A stretch of DNA of 48,941 nucleotides from Bacteroidota bacterium (GTDB taxonomy: Bacteria > Bacteroidota > Bacteroidia > Cytophagales > Cyclobacteriaceae). Location: contig JBCCIX010000001.1 in assembly GCA_039028075.1 (NCBI GenBank), forward strand, positions 1 through 48,941, given 5' to 3'. Of the stretch, positions 29,305 through 37,854 are shown piece after piece (position 1 is the first letter of the stretch; each line of letters opens with the position of its first letter). Under the pieces are notes generated by a model. The model did not search any database and was not told the DNA's origin. It was given only the letters and a program-made list of their open reading frames with translations. Both the position numbers and the translations under genes were made by a program.

Positions 29305-29859
29305 ATGAAATTTAATAACATGCTTAACATCAGCGGATGGGTACTACTGTTCTTATCTATTCTTCTATACTTACCTACTTGGGGTGGGTCATCATATTTC
29401 CTTGTTCTAGCTCTACCTTTTGTGATCTTGAATTTATTAACTAAAAATAAACCAAGGAGCCATAAGAACTTTTTAGGAGTAGTGCTTTGGGTTCTGGTGG
29501 CATTACTATCCTTGTATCAAACGCGGAGCATTGTCCTACATGTCAAGGGGAATCCCGAGGAGATTTATGTTCTCACAGATGTTTGTGGAGCACCGAAAAT
29601 TCATTCATATTTTAAGTGGAATAGCCATACAGTAGTTGATAGTTCATTTATTTTATATACTTCCTCTAGTGAATTTGACTTGCGACATGTCAATTTTAAG
29701 ATTAAAGACCATAAGAGTAAAAATATTGGGCCAATGGGCACAGCTTGGGATATTGATGATGGTGGTTCTTTGATTACGTTGAATACAAAATATTTTGATT
29801 ATTCGAAATGGTCCAGGGAGACGAATTCTTCAATATTTACTGTAGTTGAAAAGACGTAA
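29305..29859 (+). CDS. Hypothetical membrane protein
   Basis: 184-aa ORF, three N-terminal TMs, visibly AT-rich. Confidence 0.6.
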   Translation: MKFNNMLNISGWVLLFLSILLYLPTWGGSSYFLVLALPFVILNLLTKNKPRSHKNFLGVVLWVLVALLSLYQTRSIVLHVKGNPEEIYVLTDVCGAPKIHSYFKWNSHTVVDSSFILYTSSSEFDLRHVNFKIKDHKSKNIGPMGTAWDIDDGGSLITLNTKYFDYSKWSRETNSSIFTVVEKT

Positions 29860-29960
29860 AACGAACTATGTTCAGATTAAGTCGGAATAGAAACTATGTG
29901 TCTACCAATATCATGGGTCACAATAATTCCCTACTTTTAAAGTTTTACATTAAACGTGTG

Positions 29961-30338
29961 ATGCGATATTTTACTTTGATTGTTATTTGCCTTTGCTGCA
30001 TGACTGGGTTTGCGCAGAAAAAGAAAAAATTCAAAAGTGAAGAAATACAAAGTAACTCTTTTGAACCGTATGCTCCCGTGGAAGAAAAGGCCGAAAAACG
30101 AATGGTCAAAAAGGCCAAAAAGAGCTCCTATCGTGCGGCCTACCATAAAAATTTGAATCAGAAAGTAAAGGACTTTGAGGGCAGAATGAAGGCAAATGCC
30201 AAAGAGGACCGGAAACTGGCCCGAAAAATGCGCAAGCCTCAATATTCAGATCCATCTTATTTCGGACATAAGCGTAAGCCCAAGAAACGCCCAGTGGGAA
30301 AAAGAAAGTTTTGCAAAGAATGTAGCCGTGTTCACTAA
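29961..30338 (+). CDS. Exported, highly basic hypothetical protein
   Basis: Signal peptide from ATG 29961; KPQYSDPSYFGHKRKPKKR; C-terminal CKECSRVH. Confidence 0.75.
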   Translation: MRYFTLIVICLCCMTGFAQKKKKFKSEEIQSNSFEPYAPVEEKAEKRMVKKAKKSSYRAAYHKNLNQKVKDFEGRMKANAKEDRKLARKMRKPQYSDPSYFGHKRKPKKRPVGKRKFCKECSRVH

Positions 30339-30387
30339 TCTGATCAATTGAATTGATCAAAACTAATTCTTGCACTACCTTAAAGGT

Positions 30388-31053
30388 ATGCAAAACATCA
30401 ACCGTTTCATTGAACATACTAATCTGAAACCCACGCTAACCGGCAGGGACGTGGACCTCTTGGTGAAGGAAGCAAAGGATCATAATCTGCTGGGGATTTG
30501 CGTACCTCCTTTTTGGGTAAAGCGGGCGAAACGAGAGATAGGTGATTCCGACGTTCAACTGGTTACGGTCATTGGTTTTCCTCTGGGTTATAACATGACG
30601 GAGACCAAGGTAGAGGAAATGAAACTCGCGATCCGTGATGGTGCGGATGAGCTTGATCTCGTGATTAATTCTTCGGCCTTTAAGGATGGCATGAATTGGC
30701 CGAAAATCGAGATCGCTAAATGCAGCAAGTTGGCGCATGACGAGTATAAGATGCTAAAAGTGATCATTGAAACTGCTTATTTGACTGATGATGAAGTTAA
30801 AATCCTTTGTAGGATATGTGCTGATGCGGGAGTAGATTTTGTAAAGACGTCCACGGGCTTCGCACCGGAAGGAGCTAAGGTGGAGCACATTAAACTCATG
30901 CGTGCAGAACTTCCGTCCAATGTGGGGATAAAAGCTTCTGGAGGTATAAAAACCTATATACAAGCAGTGGAACTAATCAACGCCGGAGCAGATCGAATAG
31001 GAACTTCATCCGGAGTTGAAATTACCCAAGGAAGAGTCGTCAGACCACTCTAA
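30388..31053 (+). CDS. deoC: Deoxyribose-phosphate aldolase
   Basis: IEHTNLKP, TVIGFPLG, GADELDLV, LKVIIET, FVKTSTGF, IKASGGI, RIGTSS. Confidence 0.96.
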   Translation: MQNINRFIEHTNLKPTLTGRDVDLLVKEAKDHNLLGICVPPFWVKRAKREIGDSDVQLVTVIGFPLGYNMTETKVEEMKLAIRDGADELDLVINSSAFKDGMNWPKIEIAKCSKLAHDEYKMLKVIIETAYLTDDEVKILCRICADAGVDFVKTSTGFAPEGAKVEHIKLMRAELPSNVGIKASGGIKTYIQAVELINAGADRIGTSSGVEITQGRVVRPL

Positions 31054-31067
31054 GTGGTCAGACGACT
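31035..31067 (-). repeat. REP palindrome family B, copy 1 (inverted; overlaps the deoC 3' end)
   Basis: AGTCGTCAGACCACT-CTA-AGTGGTCAGACGACT. Confidence 0.9.
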
Positions 31068-31098
31068 AAGCTTAGTTTCGATATAGTATTAAGACAAA

Positions 31099-31371
31099 GT
31101 GAAACACTACAATATTTCAGTATTTGGTAAAGTACAAGGTGTGTTCTATCGGGCTAGTACCAAAACGAAAGCCCTTGAACTAGGGATTAAAGGATTCGTG
31201 AAGAACCAATCCGATGGCTCGGTTTATATTGAAGCTGAAGGCAACGAAGAGAGGTTGAAGCAACTGGTAGAATGGTGTAACCGGGGGCCATCAAATGCCG
31301 TTGTCACGCAAGTGAAGGTCGCAGAAGCTGAAGCCGTGGGATTCGATAAGTTTGAGACGCAATACTTTTAA
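31099..31371 (+). CDS. acyP: Acylphosphatase
   Basis: VFGKVQGVFYR, GFVKNQSDGSVYIEAEG, GPSNA.V. Confidence 0.95.
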   Translation: MKHYNISVFGKVQGVFYRASTKTKALELGIKGFVKNQSDGSVYIEAEGNEERLKQLVEWCNRGPSNAVVTQVKVAEAEAVGFDKFETQYF

Positions 31372-31391
31372 AAATAATTATTCTTAGAAAC

Positions 31392-31424
31392 AGTCGTCTG
31401 ACCACTTGGAGTGGTCTGAGGACT
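31392..31424 (+). repeat. REP palindrome family B, copy 2
   Basis: AGTCGTCTGACCACT-TGG-AGTGGTCTGAGGACT, preceded by CTTAGAAAC. Confidence 0.9.
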
Positions 31425-31442
31425 AAAACTAACCATTTTAAA

Positions 31443-32009
31443 ATGAGATTTATTCCCGGAGAACTATACCACGTCTACAACAGAGGAAATAACTAGCAGC
31501 GTATATTCTTTAATAACCCTAACTATCAATTCTTTCTAAGGAAGATAAAGAATGAGCTTACTGGATATTGCGATATAGTAGCCTACTGTTTAATGCCAAA
31601 TCACTATCATTTACTTATTGGGGTTAAAGATGAAAGTTTCGATACGGACATTCATCCCTTGGTTCGTAAAATTGGCACGTTGCAAAGCTCTTATACCAGA
31701 GCTATAAACATCCAGAATAATACTAAAGGCTAACTGTTTCAACAAAAAGCAAAAGCTAAACATTTAGGTGAGCAAAATCAGGCATTTATCTGTTTTCATT
31801 ATATTCATCAAAACCCAATCAAAGCCGGTTTGGTAAGTGAATGAAGTGATTGGGAATTTAGTTCTTTTAATGATTATGTTGGAAAGAATTCAGGATCTAT
31901 CAATATGAATTTGGCATATGAGTTACTTGATGTTCCTAGGGATATCGAAGGGTTTATCAAACAATCCAAAGATGTTATGTTGGAGGATATTGGAGATAAA
32001 ATATTCTAG
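31443..32009 (+). pseudogene. RAYT/IS200-like HUH tyrosine transposase pseudogene (absent from the ORF track)
   Basis: Manual translation of one frame: MRFIPGELYHVYNRGNN*..AYCLMPNHYHLL..SYTRAIN..G*LFQ..YIHQNPIKAGLV..*.DWEFSS; in-frame stops at 31494 (TAG), 31731 (TAA), 31842 (TGA). Confidence 0.9.
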
Positions 32010-32029
32010 GTAAAATTAGCCTTAGAAAC

Positions 32030-32062
32030 AGTCGTCTGACCACTCAAAGTGGTCGGACGACT
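32030..32062 (+). repeat. REP palindrome family B, copy 3
   Basis: AGTCGTCTGACCACT-CAA-AGTGGTCGGACGACT, preceded by CTTAGAAAC. Confidence 0.9.
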
Positions 32063-32108
32063 CATTTAGAATTACGCCATCATTTCTTCGAGGGCCGGAA
32101 GACTAAAA

Positions 32109-32597
32109 CTATTTATTCAAAACACTATCAATCTGCTCTACTACATTTCCGACAATCTCATTAGGTATGGGTACAGTAAGATTGTAGTGGGATATCTTCC
32201 AACCCTCAAGAGTCCTGGTCAAGACGCCTGTTCCACGTGAGGGTCCCAAATTAGGAGTATCCAAAACTTCATCGAACCAAGAAGTCCTTCCGTCCTCCGA
32301 AAAATAAACCACTCGTTCTGTGGCTTTGAAGCTCCAAGCGCTTCCTCGATCAAAGTAAGGTTTACTCCAGGGCTTAAATTCTGCAATGGTCCAGCGCTCG
32401 GTCGCATCCGTACCCATGAAAATAGAGCTATCGTTTTCGAAATAGCTGAAGTACTTTTCAAAATCAGCATTAGCAGCCGCTTTGTGCCAATCGTCTAAAA
32501 GGCTGTGAATATCCTCAACTGTGGGCTCTTCATACTCTACTTTCACACCCGTGCTACAGCCTGCCAGAAGTAATAATACGGGAATTAGTTTTTTCAT
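32109..32597 (-). CDS. NTF2/SnoaL-like lipoprotein
   Basis: Lipobox LAGC; LDDWHKAAA, FMGTDATERW, WFDE.L, RGTGVL, WKISHYNL. Confidence 0.88.
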   Translation of the reverse strand: MKKLIPVLLLLAGCSTGVKVEYEEPTVEDIHSLLDDWHKAAANADFEKYFSYFENDSSIFMGTDATERWTIAEFKPWSKPYFDRGSAWSFKATERVVYFSEDGRTSWFDEVLDTPNLGPSRGTGVLTRTLEGWKISHYNLTVPIPNEIVGNVVEQIDSVLNK

Positions 32598-32635
32598 AGT
32601 TTGTGCCTCTAGAAAGTTCCGCTTTGTCTGAAACC

Positions 32636-32670
32636 TAGTCGTCTGACCACTCGAAGTGGTCTGACGACTA
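32636..32670 (+). repeat. REP palindrome family B, copy 4
   Basis: TAGTCGTCTGACCACT-CGA-AGTGGTCTGACGACTA. Confidence 0.9.
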
Positions 32671-32675
32671 AAACT

Positions 32676-35480
32676 CTATTCCTCCATCAATTCCAATCCA
32701 GGATCAATCCCTTTCTGCACGGCAGGTACACCTTCCGCCATCCACTTCGGCATGGGCTCATCTTTAAGGTAATGATCGAAGAACTGCTGCATTCGGACGT
32801 TGAAATCACGGATGTTTTCCCATTTGGTAGGCCAGTGTGGTTCCCCATTGTAGTTCAACATCCAAGACGGTTTACCTAACCTTCTAAGGGCTACGTACAT
32901 TTCTATGCCCTGGTACCAGGGTACATGTCCGTCTGCATCATTGTGCATTAATAGTAATGGAGTCTGGATTTTGTCAATATAGAAGATGGGTGAATTCTCG
33001 ATAAATCGCATAGGGTATTCCCAAAGTGTTCCACCAATTCTACTTTGCGTATGCTCGTATTGGAACATCCTGCTTAACCCGGTCCACCAACGAATACCGC
33101 CGTAGGCACTAATCATATTTGAGACCACAGCCCCCGCTTCTGCGGCAGCGAAAATATTAGTTTTTGTAACCAGGTAAGCGGTTTGATAGCCGCCCCAGCT
33201 ATGACCTTGAACACCCAGTTTTTTCTCATCTACGAATCCTTCGTTAATCAGTTGAGTGACTCCGGGTATCACCGCGTTATAGCAGCTTTCCCCGGGATAA
33301 CCCGTGCGATAAACGATGTCCGGAATGAATACAATGTACCCACGACTGGCATAAAAGGCAGGATTTACAATAGACCGAATGGGCACTATGCCCCAATGGC
33401 GGTTTAAATTATTTGAATTTCGCTCATAGAAATACGTGATCATGGGATACTTCTTACCGGGATCAAAATTCTCAGGCTTATACAGCAATCCCTCTAGCGG
33501 AACTCCATCCAGCGAAGTCCAGTTATACAGCTCTACAGTGCCCCAGTTATATTCACTCATATTTGGATTAGCGTTGCTCAGCTTCGTCACTTTTTTAAAA
33601 GAAGCGGTACTGGCGAGCAAGTTGGGAAACGTAGAATGATTCTCCTTTGTAAAAATCAACTCGCCACTTTTTTCAGCTTTGATAGGTCGGCGATAGCGAT
33701 GGTCATCAAAGACTAGTTTTTTCAGGGATTTCCCCGGTTTAAGCTCATAATAACCGCTGTTTCGGGTCACCTCACTAAAGGCACTTACTAACAATAATTT
33801 ATAGTTGATGCTTTGTTCTTCCCGGTCGAGGTCTAGGTAACGATATTGCATTCTGTCACTTCTGCCGTTGGTCAAATTAACTGGGGCTTGAACACCTTCC
33901 GGATCTGTCTGCCAGATGTCGTAACGATCGTAGATCAACATATATTTATCGTCTTCAGTCCAGCCTGCGATGCCGTATGCGCCCGGAAGATTAGGGGCAT
34001 CCATAAGCTCGTTGGCCATAGACGTGGGGATGTTTTCCGAGGCTTTCACCATCTTTTGGGAGCCATTATTGAAGGTATACCAGACCGAGTCTTCTGCATT
34101 ATACCAATAGCTGTATTTCCCGTCCGGAGAGATATTTCCGAATCCTCTTACGTCGTTGGCAATTTGCGTTTTATCGCCGGTTTTGAGGTTGATCAGATAG
34201 TAATCATTATGACGGGGCCAACCCTCCCAGGAGATAAACTGTTGGTAGGGCAGATCAGAAATACCTAACGCATAGTCACTTGCCACATGTTCATCCACCC
34301 GTACATCAGGAACCGATGCTGTGGCCACTTGTATGATTTCGAAATCTTCAGTGTCCATCCAGGCCGTATAGCTTTGTTTTTTATCGTCTTCTACTTCTAT
34401 ATTCTGTTGCGTATGTAGACGGCTATCTTGGTAACTCCAAATTTCTACCTGCACCATTTCTTCAGGAAGTAGCGTAGTATCCTGTACAATAGGCTGTGGC
34501 GAGGTGCCAAAAAGAAGGCGCGAGCCATCATCTGAAAATGAAACGTTACCATTTTCGCTCACGACCCAATCAGGCGGGATGTTGTTGCTGTTTTTATCCG
34601 CTTTTACCGTAGCCGAATCAAGCCCTGTTTTCCAGTACCTGAGTTGAAAATTGCGGATAAGCGCTTTTGTAGTATCTAGGTCGGACAAGAAAGCCGCTTG
34701 CTGACCGTCCTTCGATAAGGCTAAATGCTTGTATTTTCCTATTGCTCGGGTTAGGGGTGTTCTTGAGTTATCACCCAGATCGATATGATACACTCCTGGT
34801 AAGATTGTACTATCTACACCCGTAGTAGAGTATAACAAAACTCTACCTTCTTTGGCAAATACATAATCCAAAACGTACCTGATGGTGTCTTGCACATCAT
34901 TTTCGAGATTTCTTACGATTAAATGATATCCGTTCTCCTTGTTCACTTTCTTACTTTTTTTCGTTTTGGATTTCTTCACATCGCTGGTATCTGATTTTGC
35001 GGTATCCTTTTTCGCCTTGATCTCTTGTAATTGATAGGCCAAATAACCGCCCCATTTTTCAGGAATCTTGTGCCCTTTTACATCTGCAATTTTGGTTAAA
35101 CTATTTTTTGATAGGCTGTAAATGCCGAGACTGTCTTTGGGGAGATCTTTTTTCTTTACTTTATTCCGCCTCATTTTATTCAATGAATCTAAGGCGGGCT
35201 TAATATCAAAAATAAGGTATTTGGAGTCGTAGGTAATGGTAGAATTTTCTGCACGCGGCATGCTGAGTAATTCTTTACCCTGAACGGTGGTGACTTTCAT
35301 AATTTGATCCCCCTTGCCCGGAGCCAGGTGGTAAACCACCAAGTTGCCATCCGTAGATATCTTTTCGTTTCGTATTCGATTCCAGGTATCAAAATCAGCA
35401 TGCTCCATCTGCCTTTTTTGCGCAATGCAGTAGGTGGAAAGTAGTGATAGTAGAATAGTGGAGTAAATGTATCTTTTCAT
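32676..35480 (-). CDS. S9 family (prolyl oligopeptidase-like) exported serine peptidase
   Basis: Signal peptide from ATG 35480; GHSWGG nucleophile, HNDADGHVP, GEPH. Confidence 0.92.
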   Translation of the reverse strand: MKRYIYSTILLSLLSTYCIAQKRQMEHADFDTWNRIRNEKISTDGNLVVYHLAPGKGDQIMKVTTVQGKELLSMPRAENSTITYDSKYLIFDIKPALDSLNKMRRNKVKKKDLPKDSLGIYSLSKNSLTKIADVKGHKIPEKWGGYLAYQLQEIKAKKDTAKSDTSDVKKSKTKKSKKVNKENGYHLIVRNLENDVQDTIRYVLDYVFAKEGRVLLYSTTGVDSTILPGVYHIDLGDNSRTPLTRAIGKYKHLALSKDGQQAAFLSDLDTTKALIRNFQLRYWKTGLDSATVKADKNSNNIPPDWVVSENGNVSFSDDGSRLLFGTSPQPIVQDTTLLPEEMVQVEIWSYQDSRLHTQQNIEVEDDKKQSYTAWMDTEDFEIIQVATASVPDVRVDEHVASDYALGISDLPYQQFISWEGWPRHNDYYLINLKTGDKTQIANDVRGFGNISPDGKYSYWYNAEDSVWYTFNNGSQKMVKASENIPTSMANELMDAPNLPGAYGIAGWTEDDKYMLIYDRYDIWQTDPEGVQAPVNLTNGRSDRMQYRYLDLDREEQSINYKLLLVSAFSEVTRNSGYYELKPGKSLKKLVFDDHRYRRPIKAEKSGELIFTKENHSTFPNLLASTASFKKVTKLSNANPNMSEYNWGTVELYNWTSLDGVPLEGLLYKPENFDPGKKYPMITYFYERNSNNLNRHWGIVPIRSIVNPAFYASRGYIVFIPDIVYRTGYPGESCYNAVIPGVTQLINEGFVDEKKLGVQGHSWGGYQTAYLVTKTNIFAAAEAGAVVSNMISAYGGIRWWTGLSRMFQYEHTQSRIGGTLWEYPMRFIENSPIFYIDKIQTPLLLMHNDADGHVPWYQGIEMYVALRRLGKPSWMLNYNGEPHWPTKWENIRDFNVRMQQFFDHYLKDEPMPKWMAEGVPAVQKGIDPGLELMEE

Positions 35481-35554
35481 AACATGCTTGCTAGATTTAG
35501 CATGCAAGATACTATCGGAATGTCGGAAATTGGAAAGCTTTTTATTTGAGAGGT

Positions 35555-36116
35555 TTACTGCCGACCTCTCCCAAATTCGAAGCCTAGGTTAAGACTAAAA
35601 AAGTTAGCAAGATCATTTCCGATGAAATTCATTATACTGCTCATTCTCAGGTGAACCGCGTTTATACCTACCCGAGGCGCGAAACCAAAGTTAGTAAGCG
35701 AGCTATTTAGATCCCCGACACTTATCGAGGTGGTACTTACGTTTACCCCGTAGGACTGTCGCTAGAAAACACCTAGCCCAAAACCCACGAAAGGACGGAC
35801 CTGCGCGGTATTAAAAAAGTACTCCGTTACCAACATCATTTTTCTCACACTAGTGGAGGAAATATCTATCTCCTGAGCATTGACGGTAATGTCCCCAGAG
35901 GAGAATCCGGCAGATTATAGCCGTAAACCAAAAGTAAGATGATCATTTGAACTGAATCGAGGTTCGAGATACCCGCCAATACCACTGCCTGATGTAGTAC
36001 CCAAGGCTGCGGTGAGGTTCATTCCAACCTCTACTTTAAAAGGTTTGAACTCCTGGGTATGCAAATTAATTGCCGACAAAAAGGTGATAATAATCAGTAA
36101 TAAAAAATTTTGTCAT
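35555..36116 (-). pseudogene. Outer-membrane beta-barrel protein pseudogene (absent from the ORF track)
   Basis: Manual translation: signal peptide with a +1 frameshift in the A6 run at 36102-36107, QEFKPFKVEVG..EPRF..GLRL*..EYFF..RPFVGFGLG.F*..FGFAPRVG..LGFEFGRGRQ; stops at 35917 and 35764. Confidence 0.8.
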
Positions 36117-36208
36117 GGGTTGAGTTTTGATGTTAACTGCTCAAAAGACGACTCTTTAAAAATAGGTTGCCAAAGGATATCGGTAAATGACCTGAAAAGC
36201 TTACCACA

Positions 36209-37195
36209 TTAAGAAATGCCAACTAGCTCCTTCCAAGTTCCTTTTAACCGGTTGTATTTGATGGTACTGGGAAGTGCTTTCCACCAATATTTGTTTATTT
36301 CAACGGTAAAAGAGGGCTGCATATAGCAGTTAATAGTACAACCTTCACATTTCGGAAGCCGGCCTTCCAAGGCCACTAATTTTTGAACCTCTTCCGAGCG
36401 GTAGAGATCTGTAAGGTTATTTTCAATGGGAATTTCTTTGATACCCAGGTGGTAACAAGGTAGCACCAACTCATTTTTTGGTGAGATAACAATAGTCGAA
36501 CTTCCCGCTTTACATATAGGATTACCCACGTGATTGCCCCCGTCCTTTCTTAGCTGAATGAAACCTTCATTTAGATAAACACCCGGTTTCTTACCCCATT
36601 TTGACAATTGATCAAGCGTTTTCGATGACATCACTGTTCCCGTATCCACATCATTGTAGTCAAAAGCTGGATTCAAAATTAAAATCAGATTATTTGGTCG
36701 GCAGATCTTCTGATAAACTGTCTCAATTTGGTTTATATTATTCTCAAAAACGGTGAAAATAATATCGGGCCTTTCACCCAACTCAGTTGCGATTTGAATG
36801 GATTTCATCACAGATTTGAAACAACGTACCCCTCGTGATTCGTTGTGTTCCTCCTCGTAGGGCGAGTCCAGCGAAAAGTGAAGCATGTCAATCTTCCCCT
36901 TGAGTTTAGCTGCCCACTTTGGATAAAGTAAGCAATTGGTAGTAAGTGTAGTGATAAATCCAAGTTTTTTGGCCAGAGCTAGGAGTTGATCAATTTTCCG
37001 ATGCAGCAGCGGTTCTCCACCGGTAAAGTCGATGACTTTAACGCCCAGTTCTTTAAGGGCTCTTAAGTTTTGTTTGGCAGAATCAGGGTCTACATAAGGC
37101 GAGGGGCGTTCCCAAATATCGCAAAACCCACACTTTGCGTTGCATCGGTAGGTGACATAATAATTACAAAGTACGGGATGTGAAATAAGCCGCAT
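36209..37195 (-). CDS. Radical SAM protein with C-terminal SPASM/twitch-like cysteines
   Basis: CNAKCGFC, FTGGEP, TTN, SLD; C-terminal CKAG..PCYH..CEGCTINC. Confidence 0.92.
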   Translation of the reverse strand: MRLISHPVLCNYYVTYRCNAKCGFCDIWERPSPYVDPDSAKQNLRALKELGVKVIDFTGGEPLLHRKIDQLLALAKKLGFITTLTTNCLLYPKWAAKLKGKIDMLHFSLDSPYEEEHNESRGVRCFKSVMKSIQIATELGERPDIIFTVFENNINQIETVYQKICRPNNLILILNPAFDYNDVDTGTVMSSKTLDQLSKWGKKPGVYLNEGFIQLRKDGGNHVGNPICKAGSSTIVISPKNELVLPCYHLGIKEIPIENNLTDLYRSEEVQKLVALEGRLPKCEGCTINCYMQPSFTVEINKYWWKALPSTIKYNRLKGTWKELVGIS

Positions 37196-37277
37196 GATCC
37201 TGAAGATACCAGCAAAAGTGGCAAAAGGAAAGCCTATGAATGCGTAATTTGTGGTTGGAAAGAAAATAAGTTAGAAA

Positions 37278-37595
37278 ATGGAAATTACATCAATCTTTGA
37301 GTTAGAGTCAAAGGAAGTTATGCCGGGATTTAAGGGCAAGTTTATACATTCGGAACAGATGACTCATGCATATTGGGATATTGAAGCAGGTGCAGAACTA
37401 CCGGAACATTATCATGTGCATGAGCAGGTGGCGAATATCCTTGAAGGTGAGTTTGAATTCACGGTGAATGGTGAGGTTAGGATCTGCAAAGCCGGTGATG
37501 TGGTGGTATTAAGGTCCAATATTCCTCATTCGGGCAAGGCACTTACTGACTGTAAAATACTAGATGTGTTTTCACCTAGAAGAGAAGATTTGTGA
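37278..37595 (+). CDS. Cupin-2 domain protein
   Basis: PEHYHVHEQ, GEFEF, PHSG, DVFSP.RED. Confidence 0.9.
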   Translation: MEITSIFELESKEVMPGFKGKFIHSEQMTHAYWDIEAGAELPEHYHVHEQVANILEGEFEFTVNGEVRICKAGDVVVLRSNIPHSGKALTDCKILDVFSPRREDL

Positions 37596-37854
37596 TGAGG
37601 CCAATTAGATCAACGAAATTTTTTTTGATGGAAAGTAAGTCTTTTCTGCGGGGGGTGGTACTAGCTCAAAACCCCTGTTAAAACATCATTATCGCCATTT
37701 AAAGTAGTTTTTTACATAAAAAAGCGATTTTATCAGCAGTGCCTTTCAAGAATATGAGCAGTTAAAATCTTGGGCGAGATAGGTGATTTTACTTATTAAA
37801 AAATGCACGATTTAGCGGATTTCACAGACACTCATTCATGGTCATATTTGCATC

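Noticed and set aside
31443-32009. Stop-codon readthrough or an alternative genetic code rescuing the second RAYT
   Set aside because: All three stop types interrupt it and all three terminate normal genes in this window
32085-32110. TCTTC...GAAGACTAAAACT, sharing the GACTAAAACT tail of REP B copies 2 and 4
   Set aside because: Stem is only about 5 bp and the core does not match; at most a heavily eroded copy
19669-32670. Repeated palindromes considered as a CRISPR array or integron attC sites
   Set aside because: Spacing is irregular and gene-sized, orientations are mixed, there is no cas or integrase gene, and HUH transposases are adjacent, so REPs are the better explanation
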